Positions 18,413-32,679 of a DNA stretch of 64,000 nucleotides are shown piece after piece. The notes under the pieces are model-generated. The model was given only the letters and a program-made list of their open reading frames with translations. It did no database searches and had not been told where the DNA came from. Position 1 is the first letter of the stretch, and each line of letters starts with the position of its first letter. The DNA is taken from assembly GCF_009914755.1 (NCBI RefSeq), contig NC_060936.1, one strand, 5' to 3'. Source of the DNA: the human T2T-CHM13v2.0 reference genome, Homo sapiens. Both the position numbers and the translations under genes were made by a program.

Positions 18413-18879
18413 TGTCAGAGGCATTTGAACTGGAGCGACTCCATCTTGGATAGAGACTAAGTAAAATAAAGCTGAGACCTCCTGGGTGGCATTCCCAGAC
18501 GGTTAGGCATTCTAAGTCACAGGATGAGTTAAAAGGTAGGCACAAGATATAGGTCATAAAGACCTTGCTGATAAAACGGGTTGCAGTAAAGAAGTCAGCC
18601 AAAACCAAGGTGGCGACGAGAGTAACTTCTGGTCATCCTCACTGCTACACTCCCACCAGCGCCATGACAGTTTACAAGTGCCATGGCAATGTCAGGAAGT
18701 TGCCCTATATGGTCTAGAAAGGGGAGGCATGAATAATCTACCCCTCATTTAGCATATAATCAAGAAATAATCATAAAAATGGGCAACCAGCAACCCCTGG
18801 GGCTTCTTTGTCTGTAGAGTAGCCATTCTTTATTCTTTTACTTTCTTAATAAACTTGCTTTCACTTAAAAAGAAAAAAA
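18413..18879 (+). mobile_element. MER41A LTR lacking U5, ending in poly(A)
   Basis: TGTCAGAGGCATTTGAAC... start; ends AATAAACTTGCTTTCACTT then AAAAAGAAAAAAA. Confidence 0.88.
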
Positions 18880-19699
18880 TATATATATGGCTGTTTCATC
18901 GATGTTAAAAATCTGTTATTTAGTGTAGCCACCTTCACCAATGATCTTAGTTAGATCTAGAGAACTTACTGCAGCTTCTATATTTAGGACTTGCTGCTTT
19001 ACCTTGCACCTTTATATTACAGAGACCACTTCTTTCCTTAAACCTCAGGAACCAACATCTGCTAGCTTCAACTTTTTCTCCTGCACCTTCCTCATCTCTC
19101 TCAGCCTTCATACAATTGAAGAGAGTTAGGGCCTTGCTCTGGATTAGGCTTTGGCTTAAGGGAATGTTGTGGCTGATTTGATCTTCTATCCAGATGACTA
19201 AAATTTTCTCCCTGTCAGTAGTAAGGCTGTTTTGCTTTATTATCATTTGTGTATTCACTGGAGTAGCATTTTCATTTCCTTCTAGAACTTTTCCTTTGCA
19301 TTCACAACTCGACTAAACTGAATGGTGAAAGGCAGCCTTGCTCTCGGCCTATGTCAGCTTTCAACATGCCCTTCTCACTAAGCTTAATCATTGCTAAATC
19401 ATAGCTTTTGATTTAAAGTGAGAGTTGGGCAAGTCTTCCTTTCACTTGAATACTTAAAGGCCACTGTAGCCCTAATTTCAATATTGTTGTGTCTCAGGGA
19501 ATAGGGAGGCTAGAGGAGAGGGAAAGAGACTGGGAAAATAGCCAGTCAGCAGAGCAGTCAAAATACACGCAACATTGATCAAAATTAAGCCATTTTATAT
19601 GGGCTTGGTTTGTGGTGCCTGAAAACAGTTACAATAGTAACATCAAAGATCATTGATCTCAGATCACTCTAAGAAATATAATAATAATGAAAAGTTTGA

Positions 19700-19986
19700 G
19701 GCCAGGCGCTGTGGCTCATGCCTTTAATCCTAATACTTCAGGAGGCCAAAGTGGACAGATCGCTTGAGCCTGAGAGTTCAAGGCCAGCTTGGGCAACATG
19801 GCGAGACCCCATAGCTAATAAAAATACAAAAAATTAGCTGGGTGTCGGGGTGCGCGCCTGTACATCCAGCCACTCGAGAGGCTGAGGTGGGAGCTCAGGA
19901 AATGGAGGCTGCAGTGAGTTAAGATCACACCACTGCATTCCAGCCTGGGTGACGGGAGGGAGACCCTGTCCTTAAAAAAAAAAAAA
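19700..19986 (+). mobile_element. AluJ-like inside Tigger1
   Basis: TSD AAAAGTTTGA. Confidence 0.88.
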
Positions 19987-20386
19987 GTTTGAAATGTTGC
20001 TACAATTACGAAAATGTGACCCAGAGACATGTGGTGAGCTCATGCTGTTGGAAAAATGGTGCTGATAGACTTGCAGGACACAGGGTTGTCAAAAATCTTC
20101 AGTTTGTAAAAATCACGATATTTGTGAAATGCAATAACTACAAAGCACAGTAGAATGAGGTGTGCTCATACACCTAACCATTAGCAGTGCTTAGTTCTGG
20201 GTAGCAGAAGTGTGAATGCTTTTAATTTCTTTCTTTATGCTTTTCTGCATTTTCAAAAATCAAAGTATACCAGAGGACCCTCCCTGCAAATAATCTGTGG
20301 TGCTGACTTCTCACAAAGCAGTCATATAAGCCTCCAAAGACCTTCAGGATCGGAATACTAAGAAGGTAAAATAAATTGGAAGATGT

Positions 20387-21285
<899 letters not shown>

Positions 21286-21673
21286 CTAAAGTTAGAAAAG
21301 GCTTTGAAGTGTCTGAAGAGGAGAGACAGGGAAGTGACTCACAGCTCAACAGCTTCACCCTCTGGCTTTGATGGTCCTTGGCTCCGTGATGCTCAGTGTC
21401 TGTGTGAGTCTCAGAGAGCAAAAGCCCAATCCACAGCCCACCTGTTTGTATTCTTCACCCTCATTTGAGATTCTCAGAACTCAAGGAGAGCTCCTTTAGA
21501 AAATATGACTGCAGTTGTAGTGTAATTGAAATATCAAAAACCTTTGTTATTAAAAAACCCAAACCTTTATTATGTCACTTGTAATAAAATATAAATGTGC
21601 TAAATTGGCTCAAATAAGTTGGATCAAATAATATTAAATAAAACAAAGGTGAAAAAAGAAACTTAAAAATAAT

Positions 21674-21794
21674 TTTTTTTTGATGGGATCTCACTATGTT
21701 GCCCAGGCTGGTCTTGAATGCCTGGTCTCAAGCAATCTTCCTGTCTAGCTTCCAAAAGTGCTGAGATTACAGGCCTGAGCTACTATGCCCAGCC
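21674..21794 (-). mobile_element. FLAM
   Basis: Antisense left monomer. Confidence 0.8.
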
Positions 21795-21825
21795 AAGAAA
21801 CTATTTAAGTACTATAAGTTTTGTT

Positions 21826-21853
21826 GTGCTCGCTTCGGCAGCACATATACTAA
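21826..21853 (+). pseudogene. RNU6: U6 snRNA 3'-truncated (nt 1-28) retropseudogene
   Basis: GTGCTCGCTTCGGCAGCACATATACTAA equals the U6 5' end; TSD AAGTACTA(T/A)AAGTTTTGT. Confidence 0.93.
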
Positions 21854-21957
21854 GTACTAAAAGTTTTGTGATATAATTTCTTAAGTTGATAATTCTATTT
21901 TAGTCTTTCAACCTGATTATAAGAATTTGGGACAAAGGCTCACGTAAACATGACTTT

Positions 21958-22246
21958 GGCTCGGGGCAGTGGCTCATGCCTGTAATCCCCCCATTTTGGG
22001 AAGATGAGGCAGGAGGATCTATCACTTAAGGCCAGGAGTTTGATGCCAGTCTGGGCAACATAGTGAGACCTCAAATCTACAAAAAATAAAATTAGTCATG
22101 TGTGATGGTGTGTGCCTGCCGTCCTAGCTACTTAGGAAGCTGAGGCGGGAGGATCCCTTGAGCCCAGGAGTCAAGGCTGCAGTGAGCTATAATTGTGTCA
22201 CTGCACTCCGGTCTAGGTGACAGACTCTGTCTCGCTTAAAAAAAAA
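21958..22246 (+). mobile_element. AluJ
   Basis: Diverged Alu dimer. Confidence 0.88.
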
Positions 22247-22540
22247 TTAACATGGCTTCATTCCTCATAAAACATTGTGATGAAGAGTCACAATGTTTTG
22301 AGTCACTATTCTCTTTACTCCATCTTTGGAGAGGTACGGTGGAGGAGAACAAAAAATGGCCCAAACCAAGCCTTTTAAAGCCTCCTGAAGCACTCAATTC
22401 ATTTTCTGTCTTGTCCCTTTAAAGGAGAGACATGGCTGGTTCCATCATTCTCTCTCCTCTACTGCGGTGTCACTACACACTTTCACCATTTCCACTGGTC
22501 ACCTGGAATTGTAACTACAGACTACAGTATTTGTTCCTGT

Positions 22541-22789
22541 TTTTGTTGTTTTTCGAAATGGAGTCTCACTCTGTCACCCAGGCTGGAGTGATTCTCCTGC
22601 CTCAGCCTCCCAAGTAGCTGGAATTATAGGCACACGCCACCATGCCTGGCTAATTTTTGTGTTTTTATTAGAGACGGGGTTTCACCACGTTGACCAGGCT
22701 GGTCCTGAACTCCTGGCCTCAGGTGATCCTCCCACCTCAGCCTCCCAGGGAAGTGCTAGGATTATAGGCATGAGCCACTGCAGCTGGCC
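22541..22789 (-). mobile_element. AluS with internal right-arm deletion
   Basis: GGCTGGAGTG joined directly to ATTCTCCTGCC (AGTG microhomology). Confidence 0.88.
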
Positions 22790-23824
22790 TGTTCCTGTAT
22801 TTGCATCTGAACAGTATTTGTATCTGGACAGGAACTCTCTTCCCTCTTGAAGTCAAGGATCACGTCAGAACAGATAGAATAATGTAAATATGTGAGCTGG
22901 CAATTTGGAAATAATATTCCACAGAGACAATCTTGTCCCACCCCAGAGCCCTGGATGCACATGTGTATAAAAAAGAACACCTCAGTTAAAGAATCCTTCC
23001 AGCCCCATGCATCCGAACAAACAGCTGAAATGAATTTTCAGCTGAGTTTTCACAACGCTCATTGCAAGCTCTTTGCCCTCATTAAATTATCAGGAAAATG
23101 CAAGTAATTTATTATGTGTAATCACATCATTCGCGGTAGCACTTCGCCCAGAGAAACCTAGCCCAATATGGTAACATCAGAACAATGCTTCACCTCACAT
23201 CTTCCTTTGAAAGATAAAGAAAACACAGAATCATTCTGCTTCTCTCCGGGAAGGAAGGCAAAGCGTTTCCCCAGGCCCTCAGAACACCATCTGGCTGCAG
23301 TCTTTCCTTTTAGGGACCTGGTATTTTCTGGCCCAGGGACAAAGTGCATTTATTTCAGATGGATCAACACTGTCACCCAGCGGGCAGACAGCTGGGCAGG
23401 CTGAGGCCTTAGCCTTGCTCTTGGCTTGACAGCCAGATACTGACAGCCAGTATTTGAATAGGAACCTGTTTGTTTCGGGTGATCAGGATTAATTGTTAAT
23501 ATTCTCTTGGAGGGAACTGGGACAACCTCAGCTGACAAGCCTTTGATTTGGATGTCATGGGTGAGTGCAACTTAAGAAAGACATATATTTTCATCGTGCT
23601 GATGCTTTTTTTTTTTTTAAGCCACTAGTGAATTTATAAGAAGCACAGGCTGTAAACCAACCAAGCATGTCTACCAAGACTCCCAGAATCAAATAGGTTT
23701 GCAGGAGCAGGGTGATATTTGGTCACCTGTCAGGTACTCTGGGAAGACTCCTCTACCACAAAATAAGACTAGTTGTTCATTGTTCGTAGTGACAGTGATG
23801 AATATTTTGAAAACTGAAAATAGA

Positions 23825-23855
<31 letters not shown>

Positions 23856-23863
23856 TGTGTGTG
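23825..23863. repeat. (TG)n microsatellite
   Basis: Direct reading. Confidence 0.95.
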
Positions 23864-24261
23864 TATCTGTGTATTGAAATGTCAGGAAATAATCTGCATT
23901 ACTACGGTGAAATCAGTGGATGAGTTAGTCTTTGTTTCTCTATTTTGTATATATCTCAGAAGACATGCACGGGATGCAACCTCTGTCCCATCTCATTTGT
24001 ACTGAGTCCTTTTCTCTTGTCTAAACTGTCACTTGACACTTGAAACAAGCTGGATTCCTTTGCATATTGAGGTAGGCTCTGTGCCTTCTTGCTAAATGTA
24101 CGGTTGAATTATTTCTTCTCCCCAGCTGGAACTCATCAACAAGCTGAAAGCATTCATCTGGGAACACTTTACACTTCTTACGAGCATGTCCGAGGAAGTG
24201 GGGGCTGAGACTTCACCTTGTAGAAACTCTTGCAGAATTTTGATTAAAAGCAGTCTCTGTT

Positions 24262-24490
24262 CATAGTGAGAAAATCTGGATTTGAATTCTGATTCCACCA
24301 CATGCGAGCTCCTTGACCTTAGATAAGTTAACCTGTGTCTCAGTTTCCACCTCTGTTATCAGGGATAAAATTAGTACCTACCCCCTGGATTGCTGTGAGG
24401 ATTTAGATAAGAAAATACACATGAATAACTTAGCACAGTGCCTGGGCACATAGTTAAAGATCAATAAACATTAGTATTACCATTGTCATA
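24262..24490 (+). mobile_element. MIR
   Basis: CTCAGTTTCCACCTCTG...CTTAGCACAGTGCCTGG...CAATAAACATTAG. Confidence 0.8.
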
Positions 24491-24614
24491 ATTATTATAA
24501 TGATATCTATCATATATATTATTCCCAAAATGCAACTTTCATAAAGTGCCTCTAGGCTAGCAGATGAAATCATGGCATCTTTTTAGCTGGAAGGGTCCTG
24601 AAAGATCATCCAGT

Positions 24615-25362
<748 letters not shown>

Positions 25363-25619
25363 AACTCAGTCTTCTTTTTTTCCAGATGACATGAACCCAA
25401 ACAAATACAGCTGGTTAAAGGGGAAGGTCTTAGACTAAAATTCAGGTCACCTGGTTTCTTGTGCGCCAAACCTTATCTTTACTTACAACATGTCCTCTGC
25501 CTGGAACCTCTTTCTCTTCCTTCTTCTCATCTCTCTGACAAAATCCTACCTACCCTTAGGGGCTAGTATACAGTTGGCTTTAACCAATAGTATGAGCAAT
25601 AGCATACCGCATAACTTTT

Positions 25620-25909
<290 letters not shown>

Positions 25910-26144
25910 TGAGGAAACCCAAGTGGCTATGAGGAAACCCAAGTGGCTATGCACATATGACACTTCTCAGGAAGCCTCAGGCTGTGGCTCACCCCACTGG
26001 ACTAGGAGCTCCTTGGCAGAAGGAACTGTGGCTCATTTTATTGACTGAGTGAGTGGGTGAGTGTATCTTCAGTATTCAGTACTTGTGTTTGGCACAGAGC
26101 AGACAGTCAATAAACATTTGTTGAACTGAAAAACCAGTGGAAGG

Positions 26145-26390
26145 GAATTAGCATTCATTGCCTATGATGTGCCAGGAATTGAAACAAGCACTTTGTGCAC
26201 ATTATCTCACTGAATTTTTACAATAATTTTATGAGTTGGTTATTATTTCTCCCTTTTGAAAGGGAGGATACAAGCTCAGAGAAGCTTAGTAATTTACCAA
26301 AGGTCACACAGCAAGCAAATAGTAGAATCAAGGTTTGAACTCAAGTGTGTTTGTTTTCAAAGTTCATGCTTTTTCTCTACCACACCAGGC
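26145..26390 (-). mobile_element. MIR
   Basis: TGTGCCAGG...CCAAAGGTCACACAGC...TTTGAACTCAAG. Confidence 0.75.
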
Positions 26391-26517
26391 TGTCTTGCTT
26401 ATGGTAGTTATTCTACTAGGTCTTACACTATGGATTTTTATGTAGCCATATCTCCTCAACTAGGTTATAAGCTTCATAAAGGTGGGAATTAAATTTTAGC
26501 ACTTAATTTTTATATGA

Positions 26518-26869
<352 letters not shown>

Positions 26870-27110
26870 GGCCACCTCAGTTTTAACAGAGTATTCAATT
26901 TTTAAATTCATTAGAGTAACAGTAAAGATAATGCAACAGTGTTAAATCTGCAGTTATAAGAAGACCTGAAGTCAAGGGTTATCCCAAGGTTGTGATTTAA
27001 GCTGAGCTATTTTGGTAGCCTTCTGTTGACCCTATGAATAATCCCCAAGTCATGCAAACATCATACACAACAGCCCAGTCAAAAGAGTCATTATATCTCA
27101 AAGCACATAC

Positions 27111-27227
27111 CAAAAAAATTCCTGGGATTATATTGTGCCTTTGAACCAGAAGAGGACAATTGCTGCCCATGAATTTAGAAGCAGATACAATGTTATATTT
27201 GAGCAACCGAAAGGAATCCGAATGACT
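27111..27227 (-). pseudogene. Exon remnant of C3orf20-like unprocessed pseudogene (SHSDSFRLLKYNIVSASKFMGSNCPLLVQRHNIIPGIFL)
   Basis: Acceptor CTCTTTGTTCTTTTAG, donor TTG|GTATGT, 117 bp phase 0/0, open frame; resembles recalled C3orf20 segment DSYRLLQYD...PLMVKKNSVVQGMIL. Confidence 0.82.
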
Positions 27228-27427
27228 CTAAAAGAACAAAGAGTTGTAAAGATATTAAATTCCAGGCAACAAATCTTTTGCTTCATTCAGCAATATTTGC
27301 ATCCTTGAACAAAAAATTTAAAACTCTATCCTCATTCCTACATTAGAAATGCCTTCATAAGCTCACCAAAGACCTCTGTATTGCCAAGACCAGTCGACAT
27401 TTTCATGTTTCTAATATTACTTGACCT

Positions 27428-27720
27428 ATTTATTTATTTAGATAGAGTCTCACTCTGTCGCCCAGGCTGGAGTGCAGTGGTGCAATGACGGCTCACTGTA
27501 GCCTTGCCCTACTGGGGCTCGGGTGATTCTCCCATCTCAGCCTCCCTAGTAGCTAGTGCCATAGGCACACATCACCACACATGGCTAAATTTTGTATTTT
27601 TTGTAGAGACAGGATTTCGCCATGTTGCCTAGGCTGGTCTGGAACTCCTGGGCTCAAGTGATCCACCTGCCTTCGCCTCCCAAAGTGCTGAGATTAAGGC
27701 GTGAGCCGCTGCACCTGGCC
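27428..27720 (-). mobile_element. AluJ
   Basis: TSD TACTTGACCT. Confidence 0.9.
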
Positions 27721-28139
27721 TACTTGACCTCTTTATGACATTTGAAATTATTGAACAGTGTCTCCTCCAACTCTCTGCTGGGCTTCTATGGCCACTTTCT
27801 CTTCTGTCTTCTTTCTGTTTCTCTAGGTCTTGCTTCCTAGTCTTCATTTCATGAAGACTTTTTCTCTACTTGACCTCTAAATATCTATTGTACTAAAAGC
27901 TTGCATCTTGTCTCCTGCCATTCACTCTCTTCACACACTCTTTGGATAACGCATAATTCTAACTACTATTTATGTCTACCAAGTGACCAAATGTCTATCA
28001 AAGCTAGTGCTCTCCTCTGATCACCAGACCTGTGCGCTGACTTGCCTACTTCTTGATGTCTCTACATTGATGTCACTCAGGTACCTCAAACTCAACATGT
28101 CCCACCTGAAATTTTCATCTTTTTCTTCAAATGTTCTTA

Positions 28140-28770
28140 TGGTGGATTGAAAATGGCTGTGTATTCTTTGCCACTCTACCCATCAAGAGATGGAAGGCTA
28201 TTTCTGTTCCCATTGAATCTGGGCTGGCCTGTGACAGGCTTTGAAAAATGGCAGACTGTGTAACTTTTGAGGCCAGGCATTAAGAGATGTATAGTTTCCA
28301 TCTTCACCTCTTGGAGTCTTCCTTCTTCAAACAGATGCCACGTTGTGGGGAAACCCGAGCAGCTATGTGGAGAGGCCTTCATAAGGAGAATGGGGCCCAC
28401 TGGCTAACAGTCATAACTCAGCTCCCAATGGCAGTGGCACTGCCTGCCAGCCCTGTGAAGGAGGATATTTTTCAGCTGTACTCAAACTGTCCCAGCCAGT
28501 GCTACATGAAAGAGTCAGGCCATCCCTGCAGGGTCATAAATAAATATAGGTTGTTGTTTTTAAGCTTCCAAGTTTGTTTGTTTGTTTGTTTGTTTTTTGT
28601 TTTTTGCTTTTTTTTATAGAGACAGGGTCTCGCTATGTTGCCCAAGCTAATCTTGAGCTCCTGGGCTCAAGCAATCCTCCCACCTTGGCCTCCCAAAGTG
28701 CTGGCATTATAGGCCTGGGCCACCATACCCAGCCTGGGGTGGCTTGTTGTGCAGTAATAGATAACAAGAC
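28140..28770 (+). mobile_element. MLT1 (F/H-like) MaLR LTR with FLAM insert (28575-28735, -)
   Basis: CCCATCAAGAGATGG...TTGAATCTGGGCTGGCCTGTGAC; ends GCAGTAATAGATAACAAGACA. Confidence 0.75.
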
Positions 28771-29096
28771 ATTTCTTCTCCTCCTCCTCCTGAATTCTCT
28801 ATCTCAAAAAATAGTGCTACTGTTCTAAGTGCCCAGGTGAGAAGCTGGAGATACCTTAAATTCTTCCTTCACTGACATATCAGATCTTATAGAGTCTCAT
28901 TTCTAACTGTTACTCATACCCAGCATCCTTTTCCATTCCCACCCACTGTTACTGCCTAATCATTTCCCTCCTAGTTAAAAGCTTAACAGGTCTCTCTGTC
29001 ACTTGGACCCTTTCCATACCATTCTTCCAAAATAAACTTTCTAAAATACAAAAAAAACCTCTGCATGTCACTTGTCTGTTTAAGGTCCTTTAATGA

Positions 29097-29376
29097 TGCT
29101 GGGTGTGGTGGCTCACGCCTTAATCCCAGCACTTTGGGAGGCTGAGGCAGGCGGATCATTTGAGGCCAGGAGTTCAAGACCAGCCTGGACAACATGGTGA
29201 AAACCTGTCTCTACTAGAAATACAAAAATTAGCTGGGCGTGATGGTGGGCGCCTGTAATCCCAGCTACTCGGGAGGCTGAGGCAGGAGAACTGCTTGAAC
29301 CGGGAGGCAGAGGTTGCAGTGAGCGGAGATCGTGCCACTGCATTCCAGCCTGGGTGACAGAGCAAGACTCCATCTC

Positions 29377-29405
<29 letters not shown>
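29097..29405 (+). mobile_element. AluSx-type
   Basis: Full Alu. Confidence 0.92.
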
Positions 29406-29407
<2 letters not shown>

Positions 29408-29679
29408 AGGGGGTACATGGGGTACATAAATAAGACCCTCTCTACATCCAAAGATATCGTGGGATTTGATGCACCTTGTTGTCCCAATGAGAAGTCTGAC
29501 CCCTCTTACCTGTGATTCTACCCTCCCATCCACCCAGTTTCTCTGTATCTGCAGGTGAACCAGCTTCTTTGTATCTGCAGGTGAAACCTAGCTCAGCAGG
29601 TTACAAGCCCATAGTCCTAGAAACACCTGCAATGAGACCAAGAAAGAATTAGCAGTGACCATGGCCATCAGACTGAGAG

Positions 29680-29825
29680 ACCATTCACTCATTCATTGGT
29701 TCATTGATTCATTCAGCAAATATGTTTTCAATGTTTACCATGAGCTGGGCCCAGGGATAGGGACTGGGGCTACAATGGTGAACATGACACAGTCTTACCA
29801 TCAAGAAGCTTCCAGCCTAGGGGCA
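29680..29825 (-). mobile_element. L2 3' end
   Basis: (CATT)n followed by CAGCAAATATG...GAAGCTTCCAGCCTAG. Confidence 0.7.
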
Positions 29826-30099
29826 GAGGAAGCCAACTTCAAAGCAGGCTGGGAAGGTAAGGCTGTCCTCCCTATACTCCCAGAACCCACGACACACTCT
29901 CTGTGGCTCAGGCCACCCTTGTAAGAGCTCTGTCTACACCCTGATGCTTCCACCAGAGTATCTACTGCTGTTCACCTTCCAGGTACAGCTCAATCATTTC
30001 ACTATCATGCAGGACTTGTGGTTCCCTGGTTAGGTGGAATGAAAGAGAATTAAGAGATAGCTAAGGCCCTCATCCAGCCACGCAACTCTTTTGGAGGAC

Positions 30100-30917
30100 A
30101 CTAGAGGTCTTTGCTAAGTTTTCTGTGTTTTATAACCTTCTTCATTCTTATTTGTATTCTCTTTAGGTTCTCTGGTCACGGGATTCTTCCCTTCCTCTTG
30201 CTGACCTAAAAAATAATCAACTTTCTGGAAATTTAGGGGACTCAGCCAATGCTGTTGTGATTCTCCTTCTTTAGCTTTCAGTTACAGAATGACATGTGAC
30301 CTCCTTGCAAGGTTGCTATCAGCCCCATTGTACAAAATAATATGTCCTTGGTCAAAATTTACATTTTGTGCCTCTTATTAAAGATCTGTCTGTTTGCCTG
30401 CGTCATCTCTAAAGGCCTAGCCCATCTGCAATGCCACCTCCTGAATGGGACACAGCTGTTTAACTGAACTGATTTATTCTTAGGACTAAGAGACTGATTC
30501 AAGAAGACACGGAATGATATATTTAAATTTGCCCGTTTTTGCTTATCCCAATTTGTTTTTTTCCACTCCTTTGCCTATCTTTATCTCTGCAGCCTATCAC
30601 CCAAATCTCTGCAAAGCTATCAATTTAGCTTTTCAGATGTGAAACTTTTTCAAGTTTCAAAGTGAGGACTGAAGGAAATAAAAATATTTCACCCCGAAAT
30701 ATACTTCTTTGGCATATTTTGAGGTGGCTGTTCAGAGAGCCAATGAATAGAAGTCACCCTGCAGAACTGTCTTTTGTGGGGGAGATTTGCATCTGCAGAG
30801 AATCTGCACTGATGCAGGCAGAAGAGGGCTTTCTCTGAGGCCTTCTCTTGTCCGATTGAGGAAAGATTAACTGAGACTCTGACATTTTAAAGATCTGAAA
30901 GAAATATTTGCCATCTA
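30100..30917 (+). mobile_element. ERV1 internal 3' fragment plus partial MER39/MER34-family LTR (from 30670)
   Basis: LTR start TGAAGGAAATAAAAATATTTCACCCC...GGGGGAGATTTGCATCTG, preceded by degenerate PPT. Confidence 0.65.
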
Positions 30918-31058
30918 CAGGCAGGGCTGAGAGAGCCCCAGTGGGAGTGGGCCCTCCATGTCAGACTAAGGAACTTGGACTTGGCCTAAAGGGAAGTCCT
31001 TAGAGACTTATAAGCAGAAGAATGATGCAGACATGTTCGGATATTAAAAAGAACACCT

Positions 31059-31662
<604 letters not shown>

Positions 31663-31938
31663 CACCCTGAAATGGGTAGGAAATATTAGAGGTCTCAAGA
31701 CTAAAAGCAAGAACTAGTTAGAGCATTGGAGAAAATCAGTTCGGGAGTGATGAAGGCCTGAAGTAGGCAGAAGCAGTGGGATTGGAAAGAAGGGACAGTC
31801 AGGAAATGAAAGTCGTGGTGATAGATTCCAAACTCAGTTTCATAAGTGGCCTCTGAGATCAGTCTGTGGTGGCTATTTGGTGTGCAATCAGCAAAAAAGA
31901 GTTTAGGGCCCAGTCTAGGCTCAGTTGAAAAGAATGAT

Positions 31939-32261
<323 letters not shown>

Positions 32262-32359
32262 TTAGTGATGTCTGCTATAGACACAGAATGGGGGAATATT
32301 GGCTCATGACTGGTATTTACTATTCCCATTCTCTGGTAGAAGAAGCATTAAAATGAACT

Positions 32360-32674
32360 GTGTATCAACAAGTGCATACTGTGTGAGTCCATGAAGATCT
32401 AGAACAGATGAAAGTAATTCATGCTGATAGAAGGCAGAATAGTGGTTTCCTGGGGGTGGGCAGGTGGGTAGGTTACTCAATGAGAAGGAGTAGGAGAGAG
32501 ATTTTTCAAGCCTGGAAGAATTCTGTATTTGATCTGGGTGGTGATTACACAGGTGTGTATATACATAAAAATTCATTATGGTATATACCCTTAAGATTTG
32601 TGATCTTTATTATACGAATGTCATATCTCAGTTAAAAAAAAAAGTGTGTTGAGAAGCCAACAGAAAAAAAAAAA
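32360..32674 (+). mobile_element. L1ME/MD 3' end
   Basis: TTGATCTGGGTGGTGATTACACAGGTGTGTATATAC...CTTAAGATTTGTG plus A-rich tail. Confidence 0.75.
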
Positions 32675-32679
32675 GTATA

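Larger units (their letters stand above)
27330..29095 (+). mobile_element. L2 fragments interrupted by AluJ and MLT1
   Basis: Pyrimidine-rich L2 motifs (TTACTTGACCTCT, ACCTCAAACTCAACATGTCC). Confidence 0.65.

Noticed and set aside
18413-18866. Interferon-inducible MER41 enhancer
   Set aside because: Matches the MER41A type; the tandem GAS motifs associated with MER41B were not seen
18947-19258. TIGD1-like ORF as a functional gene
   Set aside because: Fragment of a Tigger1 fossil broken by insertions and frameshifts
31020-31050. Sequence loosely resembling the lost exon end (...MPCI)
   Set aside because: Better explained as L2 remnant; needs several indels and lacks a donor
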